DNA of 64,000 nt from Dimorphilus gyrociliatus (Eukaryota > Animalia > Annelida), in assembly GCA_904063045.1 (NCBI GenBank), contig CAJFCJ010000007.1, positions 1,802,222 through 1,866,221 on the forward strand. The letters are read 5' to 3'. Numbering within the stretch: position 1 is the first letter of the stretch; every line of letters begins with the position of its first letter. The translations under genes were made by a program, and so were the position numbers. Shown piece after piece: positions 1 to 16,791 of this stretch. A model generated the notes under the pieces. That model did not search any database. It was given only the letters and a program-made list of their open reading frames with translations, and was not told where the DNA came from.

Positions 1-260
1 TTTGCTGCCAAACTATGTAGATCTCGGTGCGTGCTCTGCAGCGTACGCTCCAATTGACAAAATGTACCTAAATTTCATCCCTATCATGGTCGCTTCTGAT
101 GTTTTGACTCTTTTGAACAGATGTGAAGGGAAATCTCTTGAGAATTTACGCGCGTTTCCTTTGTCTTAAGGCGTTATAACTTGTCTAGATCGTCGCAATT
201 TCAACAGATTAGAAGAAAATTGGCGATTCGTCAATAAACTAGCAGCTGCATAAATATCAG

Positions 261-343
261 TGACGTCATGTAGTGACGTCATCTGCTTGCTAACGCTTCA
301 TTGCGTACGACAAACAAGGTGCTGGCAGTGACGAGTGACGTCA
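261..343. promoter_or_regulatory. Cluster of three palindromic CRE (CREB/ATF) sites
   Basis: Exact TGACGTCA at 261-268, 274-281 and 336-343. Function is inferred. Confidence 0.4.
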
Positions 344-1111
344 GGGCATGAACGTCTCACAAATTTGCTCTCTATAGTTTGAATTATAGCTTTTACGCGT
401 GTTCACTGGGTATACTATTATACTTTCACGCTATTTTTTTTACAAGCGGTTATAATACGTGGCGGTTGGTCGCTCAACTTGAAAAGGCGACTCGCCTTTT
501 TGCAATTTCCATATTACGTAAACTAGTGGCAAAATTAAACGGCACGTTTTGCCTGGTTGCATCATCCACCAGAAGATTTATTACAACATTTTACGGCTTT
601 CTCTAGGTATTATTTTAACTTTGTAGTTTTTATCCTGTCTTTCTAGGTATTATCAATGCGAAATATATCAGTACTCAGTCTTACTTTATGCTATTATATG
701 ATCTGCCTCCGCAATATTATCGCAGAGAGCACAGGCGTAAGCAAATGATTAAAACATGAGAGAATGGGAGAATTCGAGTTAGGAAGGGCTTGCTGTATGA
801 ATAAAACGCCTGGTGAACATATATAAAGTGGCCTGATTGCTCATATTCCTACAGCCGGTCGTTTGGTCAGCATGCTTGAGTCGTACTTGTCTTGTTGCTA
901 TGCTACGCTTTTATAAATGATGATATAGACTTTCTGCTTGCATTTGGAATTCACTCTTCCGCCAACAATACGTCAATTAAAATGCGAATTATTTGGATTA
1001 ATTCCAACATTTGTCTTATATACTATGAGGTTCGCTTAATCTCGAAATATTCTCTGGCACACCTTTCATTTTCACGGATCCTCATTTCGAATAAAGTTTC
1101 AATTTTATGAA

Positions 1112-3770
1112 CCAATAGATGGCGCTTTTTCCAGAACAAATACGTGCTTCAAAACGATAAGACGGACAAGAATCGGCGATCAATTATCGCTAATTTAACT
1201 ATATGGGTGGCTCTTTTAAACCGGACAGCCGAGTAATTCTCCAGCTTTCATGAGTAAAATAAGTGAAGAGTATAAAGAAATATGAATGTTATCGGTAACT
1301 TTTATCATAGATTAGCTATTTTAAATAGTTTCATTCTGAATTGAAGTTTAGTATATTTAATACAAAAACACAAATTGAAGTTGTCCTCCAATTTATCAAT
1401 ATTAAGATGAGGATAAAGTCATAACGGGTAAAAAAAGCTTGTTTTTTGTCGAAGTCACGTCAATCGTGCAAAACCTTCGAGGCACTTGTCAAAATTCAAA
1501 TACAACGCCTAGACGCCTTCCGGTGGAGTTTTATCAACGCTTTTTAAGCACGGTGAATGATTATACCTGATTGACTTGGCTGTGCAGATTAAAAATATGC
1601 GCATACTATAACTTTTTCATGTTGGTATTAACATGTTGCATGTTCAGTTAATACACAATTAGCAATATGTCATAACCAGGAGATATATCACTGTAAAATT
1701 ACATATTGATAAAAAAGAGGTGTTGGAAATTTAATTTCCTTGTCTTAAATGAAAACACTGAAACAGATGTCTTCATATAATTATTATACTTTCAATTAAG
1801 TGTCCAATAACAATTTAAGTTATATGACACACTAGTCAGCAACAATGATTATGAATATATTTCGTGAGCTCACACCTGTTTTCTATCGTGATACTGCAGC
1901 ATGAGAGGACTGAAAATGAAGTAGTCAAGAAACGTTTATTTTATATATTACAGAATCTAGCATCTATTTCGTATTCTGAATGTAACGCCTGTTCTGCTCA
2001 GAGTCGCTGTGAATGTTAGTGACAAGTGTGACAAGCGAAGACGTCGAAAAGTGTTCACGCATCGAATGCGAATGTTAATGCAATGCATGACTAACAAATC
2101 CGGGAGTTAGCAGCAGATCTGTGCGGTAATGAGACGGCTGCTTATCGAGCAGTGATCTAGAGCTTTTCGGATGAGGATAGGCTTAAAATGGACACAACAT
2201 GTGGCGCTAGACATTTCATTTTCATCATATTTTTACAAGTGATCGTCAAGTAGCATCTTCAATTTGAGTCATCCTTCGCTATATTTAATTTATCAGTTAC
2301 TTTTTTCCAATAAATATCAAAATCAATGCAGAAATTGATGTAGCCAATGCCTTTCTTTATTAGATAAATATTTGCGTAATATTTATATGATGAAGATACT
2401 GAGTATACATTATGCAATAAAATATATAATAGATACAATATGTTCTGGTAGACAGATAGTAACGCGAGCCAGTATTTCAAGTTCTATGCCGCCAACGATT
2501 TGCAATCTCACACTTCAACTTCGATCAGTGCGATCTAGCGTGACGGTGAGTGTGACGTTACAGCACGTGCTGTTTTACAATAGAAGGATTATGGGATTTG
2601 GCATAAATTGCCCGTTCACTGTTTTTTTTTCGACTTCTTGATTAGAGCACGCGATTCGCTCTTTTAGACATGCACTCTCAGTAAACCGCCACTGGCGTTC
2701 ATTACAAACAACAAGCTTCATAATCGCTTTATTCATTAGGGCATTATGTACTCAAACCAAGCATAAAACATCGTTGACGTATGTCGGTCTAGAAATCTGC
2801 ATACGCAAACTTCACCTGCCTGAGACATTGACACTTCAGGCTACAAAAGTGGAAAGTCTAATCAAGAATGCGCGGAGCTAAAGATGTATGAGACCTAAAC
2901 GCGATTTGACGACGAGTAAACGAAATTAGTGAACGAAGCTGTCGTTACAAAATCTACAATTTTCACGTATTCATTTCTTTAACCCTTTTTATAGGATTTT
3001 CGTGTCGTATTCTCCAATTTTCCATCTAAACTTTGATAGCGAGAAATATTCATTTGATATCGCACTCAAACACTAAAACGCCAACTTCGAAAGCTATCTT
3101 TTGGTGCCATCTACGGGCTTGTAATTACTAAGGAATAACAACAATAGATGGCATATGTGGTGTGCAAATGGAATTTGAAAACAGAAATTGCTGTAATATT
3201 CTGGTGTAGTGATCATTGATATAGGATCGTGTTTAAATGACTAAAACATACATGCATTCTACTGTAACTAATTATATAATCTCTAGGATTTGAATATATA
3301 CAGAACTTACAGTTATTAATAAGGACAAAATACTGAAGGGAAGTTTATTTCAAGCTTAAAGTTTTAATTTTAAAAGTTAGAGTTGTACTTTATATAGATG
3401 ATGATAAAATTGAATGCTCTTAAACTTCAAATCTGGAAAAGTTGCATTATAGTTCCATTCCGCTAGATGTTATTTAGTAGCTAATAATTTAGTATGTGCA
3501 GTACTGGTGATGGTTTTATGACCAATGAAAACTAAAGGAACTTTGTGAAAATGAGATATGTTCTTAAATTAAAAAGTGAAATATCTTGTCTGAGATATTA
3601 CATCAAACGTAATAATATTTTGAAAACTCTTTTTTAAAGTGTTTAAATATAGATGAAATAAAATAATATTTACACGCTTTTCGAATGATTTGTTTTTCTG
3701 ATATTATAAGTTGCGCCATCTGTTAAAGAGACAAAGCTATTGAATATTCAATCATACAATAGATGGCATA
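1112..3770. promoter_or_regulatory. Cluster of CTCF-like motifs upstream of GNAO
   Basis: Matches to CCASYAGRKGGCRS: CCAATAGATGGCGC 1112(+), CAACATGTGGCGC 2195(+, weaker), CCCGTAGATGGCAC 3103-3117(-), ACAATAGATGGCAT 3141(+), TAACAGATGGCGC 3713-3726(-), ACAATAGATGGCAT 3756(+). Confidence 0.5.
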
Positions 3771-4146
3771 TCAGGTTTTATTTTACTCTTTCGTAGTTAA
3801 TTTTTAAAGTTAAATCTTCAAAAAATTATGTTTTTAAAAAGAACACAGTTGGGAAAACAATATTAATATATTTACTTATTGAACCGGAAAAAGCCTCGTT
3901 TTCATCATGAAGTCTGATTGGCGGAAGGCGGCGAATTATCATAAAGAGGCGAACGAATGCGGCGTTGTTGGATGTGCTGTTGAAATCTAACTCTCCGTTG
4001 TGTACGTGAACGACGAAGACAGGTTGGCGAGTCTATTCGTACATAGGATTTTCTATTAAAGGAAAAAACCGATTGGAATCTCTAGTGCAGTTAGGTAAAA
4101 AAGGCGAGGCGCGCCTTTTTATTATCGTCAGAGGCAGCCTGCAAAG

Positions 4147-5954
<1,808 letters not shown>

Positions 5955-6432
5955 TGTTAGTACTGCGACCACCACTTGTACTGTCTACTGTGCTTTTTTT
6001 ATCATTTCGAATTCTGTGAAAGTGATTTGATGGTGGAATGAATGCGACAGCACAATTTAGTGGAACTCAATTGCTTCCTAGTGTCTTTTGTGCAACCCTT
6101 TGCTAGCCATTGTGAGCGTGTGTTATAATACTGTTGATGTTGTGCGATCAAATTAATAATAATTCCATCTCCTCAAAACGTATGTATAGCTTATTATAAT
6201 TTGACAATAAATCGAAATCTAAATAATGTATATCTCGGCAACGGTTGCTAACAAACTTATTGGTTGTCATTTTATGACGTCAATCTGTTGGTTGGGTAGA
6301 TAATCAGCAATAATATAGCAAAAATAGAAAACAAAATCTTGAATTGAAGATTTTTTTGTAAAAGAATATTGGCAGTTTTATTCATTATAAATATAGTAAA
6401 ACTTCACATGTACATTTATACACATACTAATA

Positions 6433-9400
6433 TTAGCTCAGCTCGTCCACTGGTACATCGCTCATATCATGTCGAACGAGTTGGTGCAGGCATTTTGCGA
6501 CTGCCGAAGATGACTCGACGCAACTCAAAGAAACGTAGGCCAGACGAGTTTCATGTTTACGCAGTATGCTATTTATATCATAAGAGACTAATTATTTCAC
6601 AAATTAATTAGAATCAATAAGACTTACCTGCGTGCATCGGACGAATAGCGGGCAAGGTTGTTCAGTATAAGAGCTGCAGTCAAGCGGATATGCTTTGTAA
6701 CAGGTCCTTCCTTTGTTTCCTAAAATTATAAAAATAATTAGAACATTATACAATATATCATGGTAACCAACCATTAATTCCGGATAGGGAGGTTTAGGAG
6801 CGAAGCGATTAATAGCATGATAGGCGGCATTTTCGGGGTAAACGGACGGTGTAGCGACTTTTTCTCCCTGGTTTGCCCTTCGTAACTGAGATGCCTTCAA
6901 ACCAGCTTCGCTTAAATGCTTTTCTTGAATATGCTGTAATAGAGACCATTTCTGTCTATGTAAATTGTCGCAGGAGATATTCCATTTGCAACAGCCGGCG
7001 GATAAAGCTGAACAATGAGTTCTCAGGACATGATTAGCCAATTCTTTTCCAGCGTCGAATATTTGACTGCAGTTTAACCATTCACAACGATGATCAGTCG
7101 GTACAGGTAAAGGTGAGGATGATGAACTGTTCGATCTGGCTCTCTTTTTACTTGGTGCTTCATTTGCTTGAGTTTGTGAAGAAAATGAATTCGTTGTGGA
7201 GGTGGCTACTGTTGTCGAAGGCCTTTTGACCGTTGCGGACGTTGGTCGAACAACAACAGGTGTTTGAGCTTGAGGTTGTAAAATTACAGTTGCGGCGGTA
7301 TTTTGTACTATTGGAAGCACCATATTGTTTGTGCCGAAACTAACAATTTGGGTTCCAGCAACGACGGATGTTGTTTGAGGAGCCATTTGAATCCGAAACG
7401 TTTGTGGAGCAGATTGAGCCGGTGCGACTAAAACGAAAGATACTGGCGGAGGAGAAGGTTGTTCCTCATTAAAAATGACACTCGCGGCTTGCGATAATAT
7501 ATCGACTGGTCTTTTTTCTTCTTTTTCATCTCCAGCGCCGTCTACCTGTGGAAAACCGTTCTGTTTCAGAACATCACATTCTCCGTTGACCATACGTTTG
7601 TAAACACCATTTACAACATTGGTAAATGGTCCGTTGGATCCGATTGCTTCTTCGTTCTCTTTTTTTACATTGTTCACTTTGACAGGAGTCTGTTCAAGTT
7701 TAGCTTGTCCGAAGTTAATTGGACTAGAGTGACCATTCGAAAGAGTAGTCCGCTTAGTTTTTGGAGGTGGTGAGCTACAAACGCTTCTCTCGAGTTGAGG
7801 AGGAAATGGTAGAGAGGCAGCGCGTTTCTGAAGGCCTATATATTGAATGTCTCTGTGACCGTTTCGCTTGTCGACGGATCGAAGGACTAGAGAAGGAAAA
7901 GCTACTCTGACACATGTTATAAACACGTTGGATGTGACAGGATTTCGAATATGGTTTACATTAGCACCAGCCAAATAAGCTTGATATAAGTCGGCATGGG
8001 CTATAGCCGATGAGCTGTCTTCGACATACTCATAATGTGCTTGCAACCAATTCCTTGCCAATATTTCTCCATCCATTTGTGGTAGAGGGAGAGGGGGCGG
8101 AAGTTGCTGAGAACGGCTTGTACTTACAACAGTTGTAGGTCTGTTTCTTATATTTGAGTTAACTATTGTAACAGAAGCAGGAGTTGTTGGTAACTTATTC
8201 TGTTGATGAGGTAGACAACTAGGAACAAGAGTATTTCTCGTTGGAGAAGAAGTAGGTTCCGTGACAGTTACCTGCTGTTCAACAACTCGCAAATTGATGA
8301 TAGCTGAAGATCCAAGTGCCTGGGCTTCCATGGTTACGAGATTACATAAAGTGTCCACTAATGATTGGGCATTAGCAACAAAAGTGGCTGCCGCATGGCC
8401 TAATTCGGAAAGCTGCAGTAAAGCCTCCAATGTTGCAATAAGTAGGTGGATATCGGCAACGAGAATCAATCTCGCCATATGAGTATAAACGTCTGTGTCG
8501 AGTAGTTCACTGAGTACATCATCATTTTCCTCATGCTGACACAAAGCTGATAGAAGTTCTAGTCCCCCAATAATTTCTGCTCTGTCTGATGAAGCAATGC
8601 AGAAAGAAACTGTACGGAGTATTAATCTTGTTTTTGAACTATGAGGGTCCAAACGTATTAATGATCCGACATGCGTTAGAGTATCAAAAGCTAATTGGCG
8701 AACTTGGGGCTGTTTTGCGTTAACACAAAGCAATAAAAACCTAATCACAACGGATTCATTCATAAGCACAGCGGCATTTAATGGTTCAAACGAGAGGTTT
8801 CGAATAATACCAGCTATTTGAACAACCCGCTGTAATTCTTTGTCACGAGATCCACTTGGTCGGTTTGCACAAGACTTTCTTGGTGAAAGTCTTATAGGAG
8901 GTTCCTCATTCTGTAAGAGAGAAAGGATATCTTGTTGGGCCAGACTGTCTTTCCAAAATTGGGTGAAGTCTCTGCCACTTAACTTTGACCAGGTAAGGTC
9001 ATGAAGAGCAGATAATGCTCCTTCATCATCTGTAGCATATACACTTACATGCGCTAACAAAAGTCGGGGCAAAGTAGGACAACGCTCGAGTCGAAGAGAG
9101 TGTCGAGAATCGTTCGAAAGCAAAGCAAGAATATTTACGGCAAAATCGACTTCATTTGGGAGTCCTGATAGCAACGAAAGTTCGAGTTTGTGATATGGTG
9201 ATCGCGACCAAGCTGCAGCTAAACCATGAGTTGTGCGTATTGTAGGTTCAATTTGATGCATTCGTTCATGATAAACTTGGGGTACTTCGGCTTGCTGACA
9301 GGCACGTCGAGATCTAAATACACTTGGAGCCTCTGTATCATCATCTTCATTTTTATTGTCCACATCGTCACCATGATAATGGAGACGCTCGTACAAATGT

Positions 9401-9747
9401 AGGTAGCGGATGTATATATATTTTAAAGCTATTGCCGCATTTGCACATGCTTTAGGTACATGAAAGTACCTTTGTATATCTTTCCATTTAGAAGATTCGT
9501 GTACCTTTTGCCATCCTCCCAGAGCTGTTACTCGATTGTAAAGAGAATAGAGGTCGATCACTTTTCCCGAAACAATGGGAACGCGTTTGAACGGAGTACT
9601 GTTTGAAAATATTAAGCGCCGTTAATAAGCAAAAAAAGCGCGACGAGCGGCTTACCCTCGAATTCTGTGGAATTGCTCGAGCTCGGCCAGAAACGACTCT
9701 CTCTGCCTCACGTACACATCACCTGCCTTATCGTTTGGCTTTGCCAT
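6433..9747 (-). CDS. ARID2: AT-rich interactive domain protein 2 (BAF200, PBAF subunit), 4 exons
   Basis: Starts [22 protein letters not shown]|[20 protein letters not shown] (ARID domain). Then [17 protein letters not shown], an RFX-like segment and two C2H2 fingers. C-terminal exons [16 protein letters not shown] and [14 protein letters not shown]; stop at 6433-6435. Confidence 0.93.
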
Positions 9748-10342
9748 CTTTTTTTTTCAAACACGAGCGGACAAGATGCTTTCATGAATCACCATTCCTC
9801 GTTTAATTAAAAACGCTTACTCTCATAAAATCTGCGCTTCGTACATGATCGGCGGTGTTTAAGTATCGAAAATATCTCTTACTTAGTCCAGTATGCGCCA
9901 ATCCGCACGCGCACTTCTATTGAGAAGAAAAATGCCAGTAAAAAAATGCTCGCTTAGGCGTCCTATACCAAAAAAAATTATCAGATTTGTCTTTAATCGT
10001 GTTTTAAATGTTTATTCCTCTAACTAATCGCTTGCTAGGTCTATCGTAAGACCTATACGGGTAAAGATATCCAACAAAATTGGGATCGATCTAGAGGGGT
10101 TCCACAATTGCTTCATTACAATTGCCGCATACTAGACCCGCCATTTTAAGAATGGCCGTCTTTCGTCTGCTTGTTGTGTTTTTCTCATTTCAATGAGTAC
10201 CTTTATTCGGAATCCCTATATTTGCAACTAATAAATTAAATGTCGTACCACAAAACGAACCATGTATTGTAGAAAAAAAATCTATTTCATTGGCAAGTTA
10301 TACACTTAGATTGTCTCGAACTCGGTATATTTCTCAAAATAA

Positions 10343-13300
10343 TCACCGACAATGAGAAGACGCAGGAGAAATTTCTGTCGTAGTTTGACTAGTATCTATT
10401 ACCAAACTTGCACCTGGACTATCTGCGTCACTACTGTCTGGACTAACAGACGCTCCGCCAGTAACATTTGAAACTTTATCGAGAGGAATGATTTTGGGAG
10501 TAGGGAGGTTTATAGCTGCGGCTTCATCTTGGCTCAAATCCTTGATAGAAAGAGTTGGAGTAGGCGATGGACTGGCTGGGGATTTATGCTGGGATTTGAG
10601 AGTAGGTCTTAGTCTGTTACCACCCTGATTATTTGAAATTTTATTTGCAGTTGCAGTAGGAGCTTTTTTTGGAATAGGTCCTAATTTTGCTGGAGTAACA
10701 TTGGCATTATTGTTTCCCGCCATAATCATTTCCTTCCGGATTTTCTCCATTTCATCTTTAGCAGAGAGTTTAGTTTCTACTGTACTGGATGTGGGATGCA
10801 ATTTGCTAATAACTTCAGAAAGAGATTTTTTCTTATGAACTGCTTTGGCATTTTTTGTAACAGTTGATAACGGCTGCTGTTGTTGCATAGTTTGAAACGC
10901 CGTTGGGGTTTGTCTATTTACAGAAGTAGATTGAGGTACAGTAGATGAAGTTGGGGGTGAACCATTATTACTGGATCCGCCACTTAAAGTAGTTAATGAT
11001 TTGAAATGATGTGACTTCTTTGCTTCAGTTTCTGATTTTGATCGTGAGATAGATTTACTTTTAGAAAGTTTATGCTTATCTGTTTTCGTCGATTTTTGAA
11101 CCAATGGTTTATTTGAGCTAAGTTTTTTGAACTGTAATTTACCACCAATGGTTATTTTTACTGATGCAGCTTGTTCATTATCTTGACCCTTTGACCAGTC
11201 ATCAGATTTTTTCTTTGAAGATTTTTTTTCAATATCGCTCCGCTTTCTTTTTATTTCGTTATTTGTTTTAGACTTTTTACGTTCTATTGACTTTCTTATA
11301 TCGTTTCCTTCGTTTAAAATATCATTTGAAGAGCAACTTGTTTCTTGTGTACTGTCTTCAATAGCTTCAACATTATTGTTTGGAGATTCCTTGCCTATTT
11401 TTAATTTGACAGTAATATTTGGCTTGTGCTGGTAATTTTGATGGAATTGAGTTAAAGTATGATTATTTTTCTCATAATTTCCAATGTTACTAGATCCAGG
11501 TGATACTAGATCAGTTATATCAGTAAACTGTTTTGAAGAGGGCTGGGTAGCTAGTATAGTATTTAGAGATGAGGAACAATTTGACTGATGAGAGGTTGGC
11601 ATCTGAAGCAATTCAGCCAATGACGTTTGCTCGCGCACTATAGGTAAACATGGTGATGAACTTGGATGATTAGTCAGTTGTTCAGATGCTGATGGTGGTC
11701 GCGAAGGTGGTCTTGAGAGCGGACGGTGATCATCAGGTAGTGATCGAGCGGACGGGGGGCGTTCATCATTTGCAAGATGCCCAACCGTAGGAGTGTTCCT
11801 GGATGATATTTCAAAATCAAATTCATCTCCACTTACTTTTCGTTTCGGACTTCTTCCAACACGAATTTGTTGATCATTTTTACGTTTTCTACTTGCTGGC
11901 TTTCTAATTTTTGACGATAATGAATTATAGTTTGATGTTAATGCTGAATTATCTTGTTCAGTCTCTGGACTAGATGTATTGGGATCCAATAACCTTGCTA
12001 GCATAGTACATTTTGATACTTCGCTATCAGCACGACCAGGGTCCGATATTGTTCTATGTATTCCGCCATGAATAGATCCTTGCTGGCCAGCTTCTACAGT
12101 TGTGCTGGCAGACCGCATAAGGCTACGAGTAGGTTCGATTTGAGTCATACCTAAACTTGAAACTGATAAATTGGTTCCTGTAGTTGATATTTGCTGCCCT
12201 AGAGGTCGGGGTCGCGGTGGGGGACAAGTAGCTTGAACAGGTGGTGAAATATTATTAGTTGAAATGTCCAATGATGCTGAAGCAAAACCCTCAAAATAAC
12301 TTAGCTGAGAAACTTGAGGATTTGGCTTGTCAGGTTCACAGATTAATTTAGAATTTGTCATTTCTTGATATCTGTCCTTCAGTTTTGACGTTTGATTAGA
12401 CACAACTCTCATAGTGACTGGTATTGATTGACTTCTGAAAAATTGAGTTACTTTATATTTCAAAATTTTAATTCAGAATATTGAGTATGACCTCTTAAAT
12501 ACTTTGGCTGCTAAATGACCATCAGCACCAGAAGATTTTCCATCATCCAAAACAGAACCACATCGTAAAAAGCATTCTACACAAGTCGCATTGTTTAACT
12601 TGAACTCAGCTGTTGAAGGAAATGAAGTTATGAAATGTTGCTTTCATAAAAATTAAATTTTTGTTACCTGAACATATTCGTCGAGCATTGGGATTTTCAT
12701 ACGATACTGATATGTGCTTTAAAGAAATTACTGTTGTTTGGAACACATTTCGGCCTTCTTCTTTAACTATATTATTAAAGTATATTGCAATATAGTTATA
12801 AAATTTGATTGAAGCTACATCGCCTACGCGTTTCAGACAAATAATTGCTAATTTTGGTTGTATGCATATTAGTATTCAATTAAAGAGCTATAATATTAAA
12901 GTTAGCCGGGAGTTTGAAAAAAATCAATTTTAAAAGCTGCAACTTTAAAATTAAGACAAAAGAACAGTGCAAAACTTACGCATTCTATCTTTTACGACCC
13001 TTCCAGATCGTACACAACTTGCCAAAACTGAGTTAAATAAAGCTTGAGTACGAAGATAGGCAATAATAGCTGGAACATGTGTTGGATGAGTGAACGGTAT
13101 TTTCTGAATTCTTACTGCGTGAAGGCTCTCAGAAGAACCTCCATTAAAGAAATACGCATGCTGTTGATCTGGTAAATTCTGTAAAAGTATTGTTTATTAG
13201 GGTTGTTTCAAAATTTGAATTTAAGTCTAATAACAATTGCAACGCCACAGGGATAAATGTTTGAAGTCGAATCTCTATCGTTTTTGGCACATTCTTTTAT

Positions 13301-15006
13301 CAAGAGAGAAACCAGTGGCCCAGATTCGCCATAGCCCATTGATATGTCGATTTCTTAGAAGAATATTTTAATTTAGTTTTTGTCATATTTAAATAAATAC
13401 CTGTAAATTTTTGTATTTCCTTGAGAATATTTCTAGTAATGAGCATAGGTTTGTGCAAATTCAAATAAAATACTGCAGGTAAAACTGAACTATTTTGGTT
13501 GTCCAATGCTGACATATCGTATTCACTGGAGTTTTTTCAAGTTTTAAAAATTCACAAAAAATGTTACTCTTGCATTAATTACGACAAGTTAGAAAAGTTT
13601 CATAACTTACTTTGGTGAAGAGTTTATTATTAAAGATTGATGCTGAAGTTTTCGAGGAGACGCACCTTCGATACTAACAGTAACATACTGACCGCAACAA
13701 TGCTCATTCATTGCTGTAAAATAACAAACATTGCTAGCAATTTATTCTTATCAAATACAACCTTTAACATCAGTAATCATGAGTGACGTTTTAGTCTTTT
13801 CATTTAAAAGATCATAGGGTCCAACAAAATACAAAATTTTTAAAGGACAGCCGCCAGATCTAGGGTATAGTATACCCAAAGGTGCCTTATGTATAGTATC
13901 AGTTACAGTTCTTATTTCAGAGGATGAGCTAATTGCAAAATTAACGATAAGGATATGTAGTACTTGTATATATTAATACAATCTTACCAGTTTTGGGCCA
14001 TTTCGTTCAGATCATTTTCCATGGCTTGGAGAGCAATGAAAGCTCTTTTACATCTGTTTCTATTTTAAAATAAGCTTTACTTTTTAGAGGATATTTTATA
14101 AATGTTAATCTTACTGATCAGCACCAATGGCATACATTGCAGTTAACCCTCTAACATGTTCTTTGACAGTTTCCAGTTTACAGTCACTAAGAGAATAAAA
14201 GTGAGGTCTAAAATTTTATAATAATGCAACTTACTTTAATGCCTGCGATATTTCTGGACAACTCTAAAAGAGATAAAAGGTATTATTACTGTAAAAACAA
14301 TAAAGTTGTTTTACCGTTGGCTGGTTAGTTGACGAAGAAGAATTGCTTCCGTGAGCAACTATAGCATCCATAGTCCTTCCTGATGTGTCCAACCTAAATT
14401 CAACGTGAAAATGATCTGTAGCAATAACGGCCACGTGATGAGATGGGTACTGTTTGTCTGAATATCGAAGACCCAGCTCCATGGCAACAGATTCTAATCG
14501 TTCCTTGACACCCTGAGCAGAGTTAGCTGGAAAATCAAAATTGTGCTATTGGTTAAATGAAGTCAAAATATACCAACCTCTTGCAATTCTAACTAATTTT
14601 TGTAAATGCTCCCTGAGAAGAGTTCTTTCTTCTCGACTAGATTGTAGTTTCTTATCCTTTAACGTTATATTTAGCAATTTGCTTGTGTCTGCCCATGACT
14701 TCTGACGACTAGCTCTACTACGCAGTTTTATCATAATTTTCTTTAAGCAGTCGCTCCTGTCACCTAAAAAACATCAATCGTTGGCATTATTTCACGTGTA
14801 CAAGAATTTATAGGCCTGTATAGAGAAAATTCCAACATTAAATACTAAGCAATTGCAAAATTTAGAAAAACTATTTTTTTCAATCGAATTACCAAAAATA
14901 TATATGCTAGATATTGTCTGCAGTCATACAAAAAAATTAATAACAAACTGGTTATTTGAGAAGAGCTGCGTGTTTGTAAGAGTTGCTTTGGCGCAGACGA
15001 CGCCAT
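10343..15006 (-). CDS. MED1: Mediator subunit 1 (TRAP220), multi-exon
   Basis: N-terminal exons resemble the Med1 domain (KSWADTSKLL, ERLESVAMELGL, DHFHVEFRLDTSG..VAHG). A large Ser/Lys-rich last exon (10343-12463 ORF) carries two LxxLL motifs (LARLL, LAELL). The exact start (ATG 15006) and internal exon borders are less certain. Confidence 0.88.
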
Positions 15007-15018
15007 GTTGACGGTTCC

Positions 15019-15033
15019 AGCGCCACCAAGTGT
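15019..15033 (-). promoter_or_regulatory. CTCF-like motif in the MED1/Ral divergent promoter
   Basis: ACACTTGGTGGCGCT on the minus strand, just upstream of the MED1 ATG. Confidence 0.35.
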
Positions 15034-15633
15034 GATAAAAGTAGTATCTTTGTCGCTTTGTTATTTAATTTTCATTCTTCAGTGAAAAGTCTGTCTTGGA
15101 GAAGGCGTTAAAAATCTAAGTTTTTAGAGCAATCTTTTTTAAAAAATCGATAAAATTCCGCTCCATTTGCGCAGCGCTGATACCGCACTGTCGATGTCAA
15201 AGGTCGAAACTCAAAAAATATAAAAAATTATTTGGAATAAAAATATTGAAATTTTTACAGTATAATCATAATGAAATTTTCTGTGCCCCAAAAATTTTAT
15301 TTTAATTTTTAACGCCTAAAAAATAAATACTCCCTCCGCCATGTTGCTTTCCTTCCGTTGTTCTCTTTAGCAAAGCTGTAAGTTTTTCGCTCGGAAGTTT
15401 CTCTTAAAAGTTTGTTTCTTAAACATTTGAAATAAGTCAATCGATTTCTAGGTTCCAATATTTGACATTGTTCACAGCTAGGTAAGCACATCTATCCTAT
15501 CTCTTTTACCGGTGGTTGATGACTAAATTTTATTGAGGAAATCGAAATCTTCAAAGTAGAGTACTTTATCTATCCTTCAGTTTGTCAAATAGTCTATATC
15601 TTAAGCTAATAATTTCTTCCTCAGATATCCAAG

Positions 15634-16510
<877 letters not shown>

Positions 16511-16791
16511 TGTAAGATTTACTGAATTATACTTATTAGATACGTTCAACGAATTGTATGATAATCTCGTTTCTTATAAAATAAGTGTAAAACTGCAAGC
16601 TCTAACAGCATGCCATAAGCTAATAAAACGCGTGCAAATCAGCTTGAGTTTATTTATTATTACTTAAGTTCCATTCAATTCATACTGGATGAACCTATTT
16701 TGTGCTAACTGCAATCTGAAGATAAATGTTTAAAAGTAAAAATCTTCCCCTCCCTTTCGTGATTTCGAATCTTACCAATAAATTAAAACAG

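Noticed and set aside
379-2641. Short ORFs 379-606, 892-1110, 2259-2480, 2372-2641
   Set aside because: No recognisable domains, mostly non-ATG starts, and hydrophobic low-information translations typical of AT-rich non-coding DNA.
10098-10151. Small minus-strand ORF MAGLVCGNCNEAIVEPL with AAAATGGCG context between MED1 and ARID2
   Set aside because: Only 17 codons. The AAAATGGCG is equally explained as a YY1-like motif.
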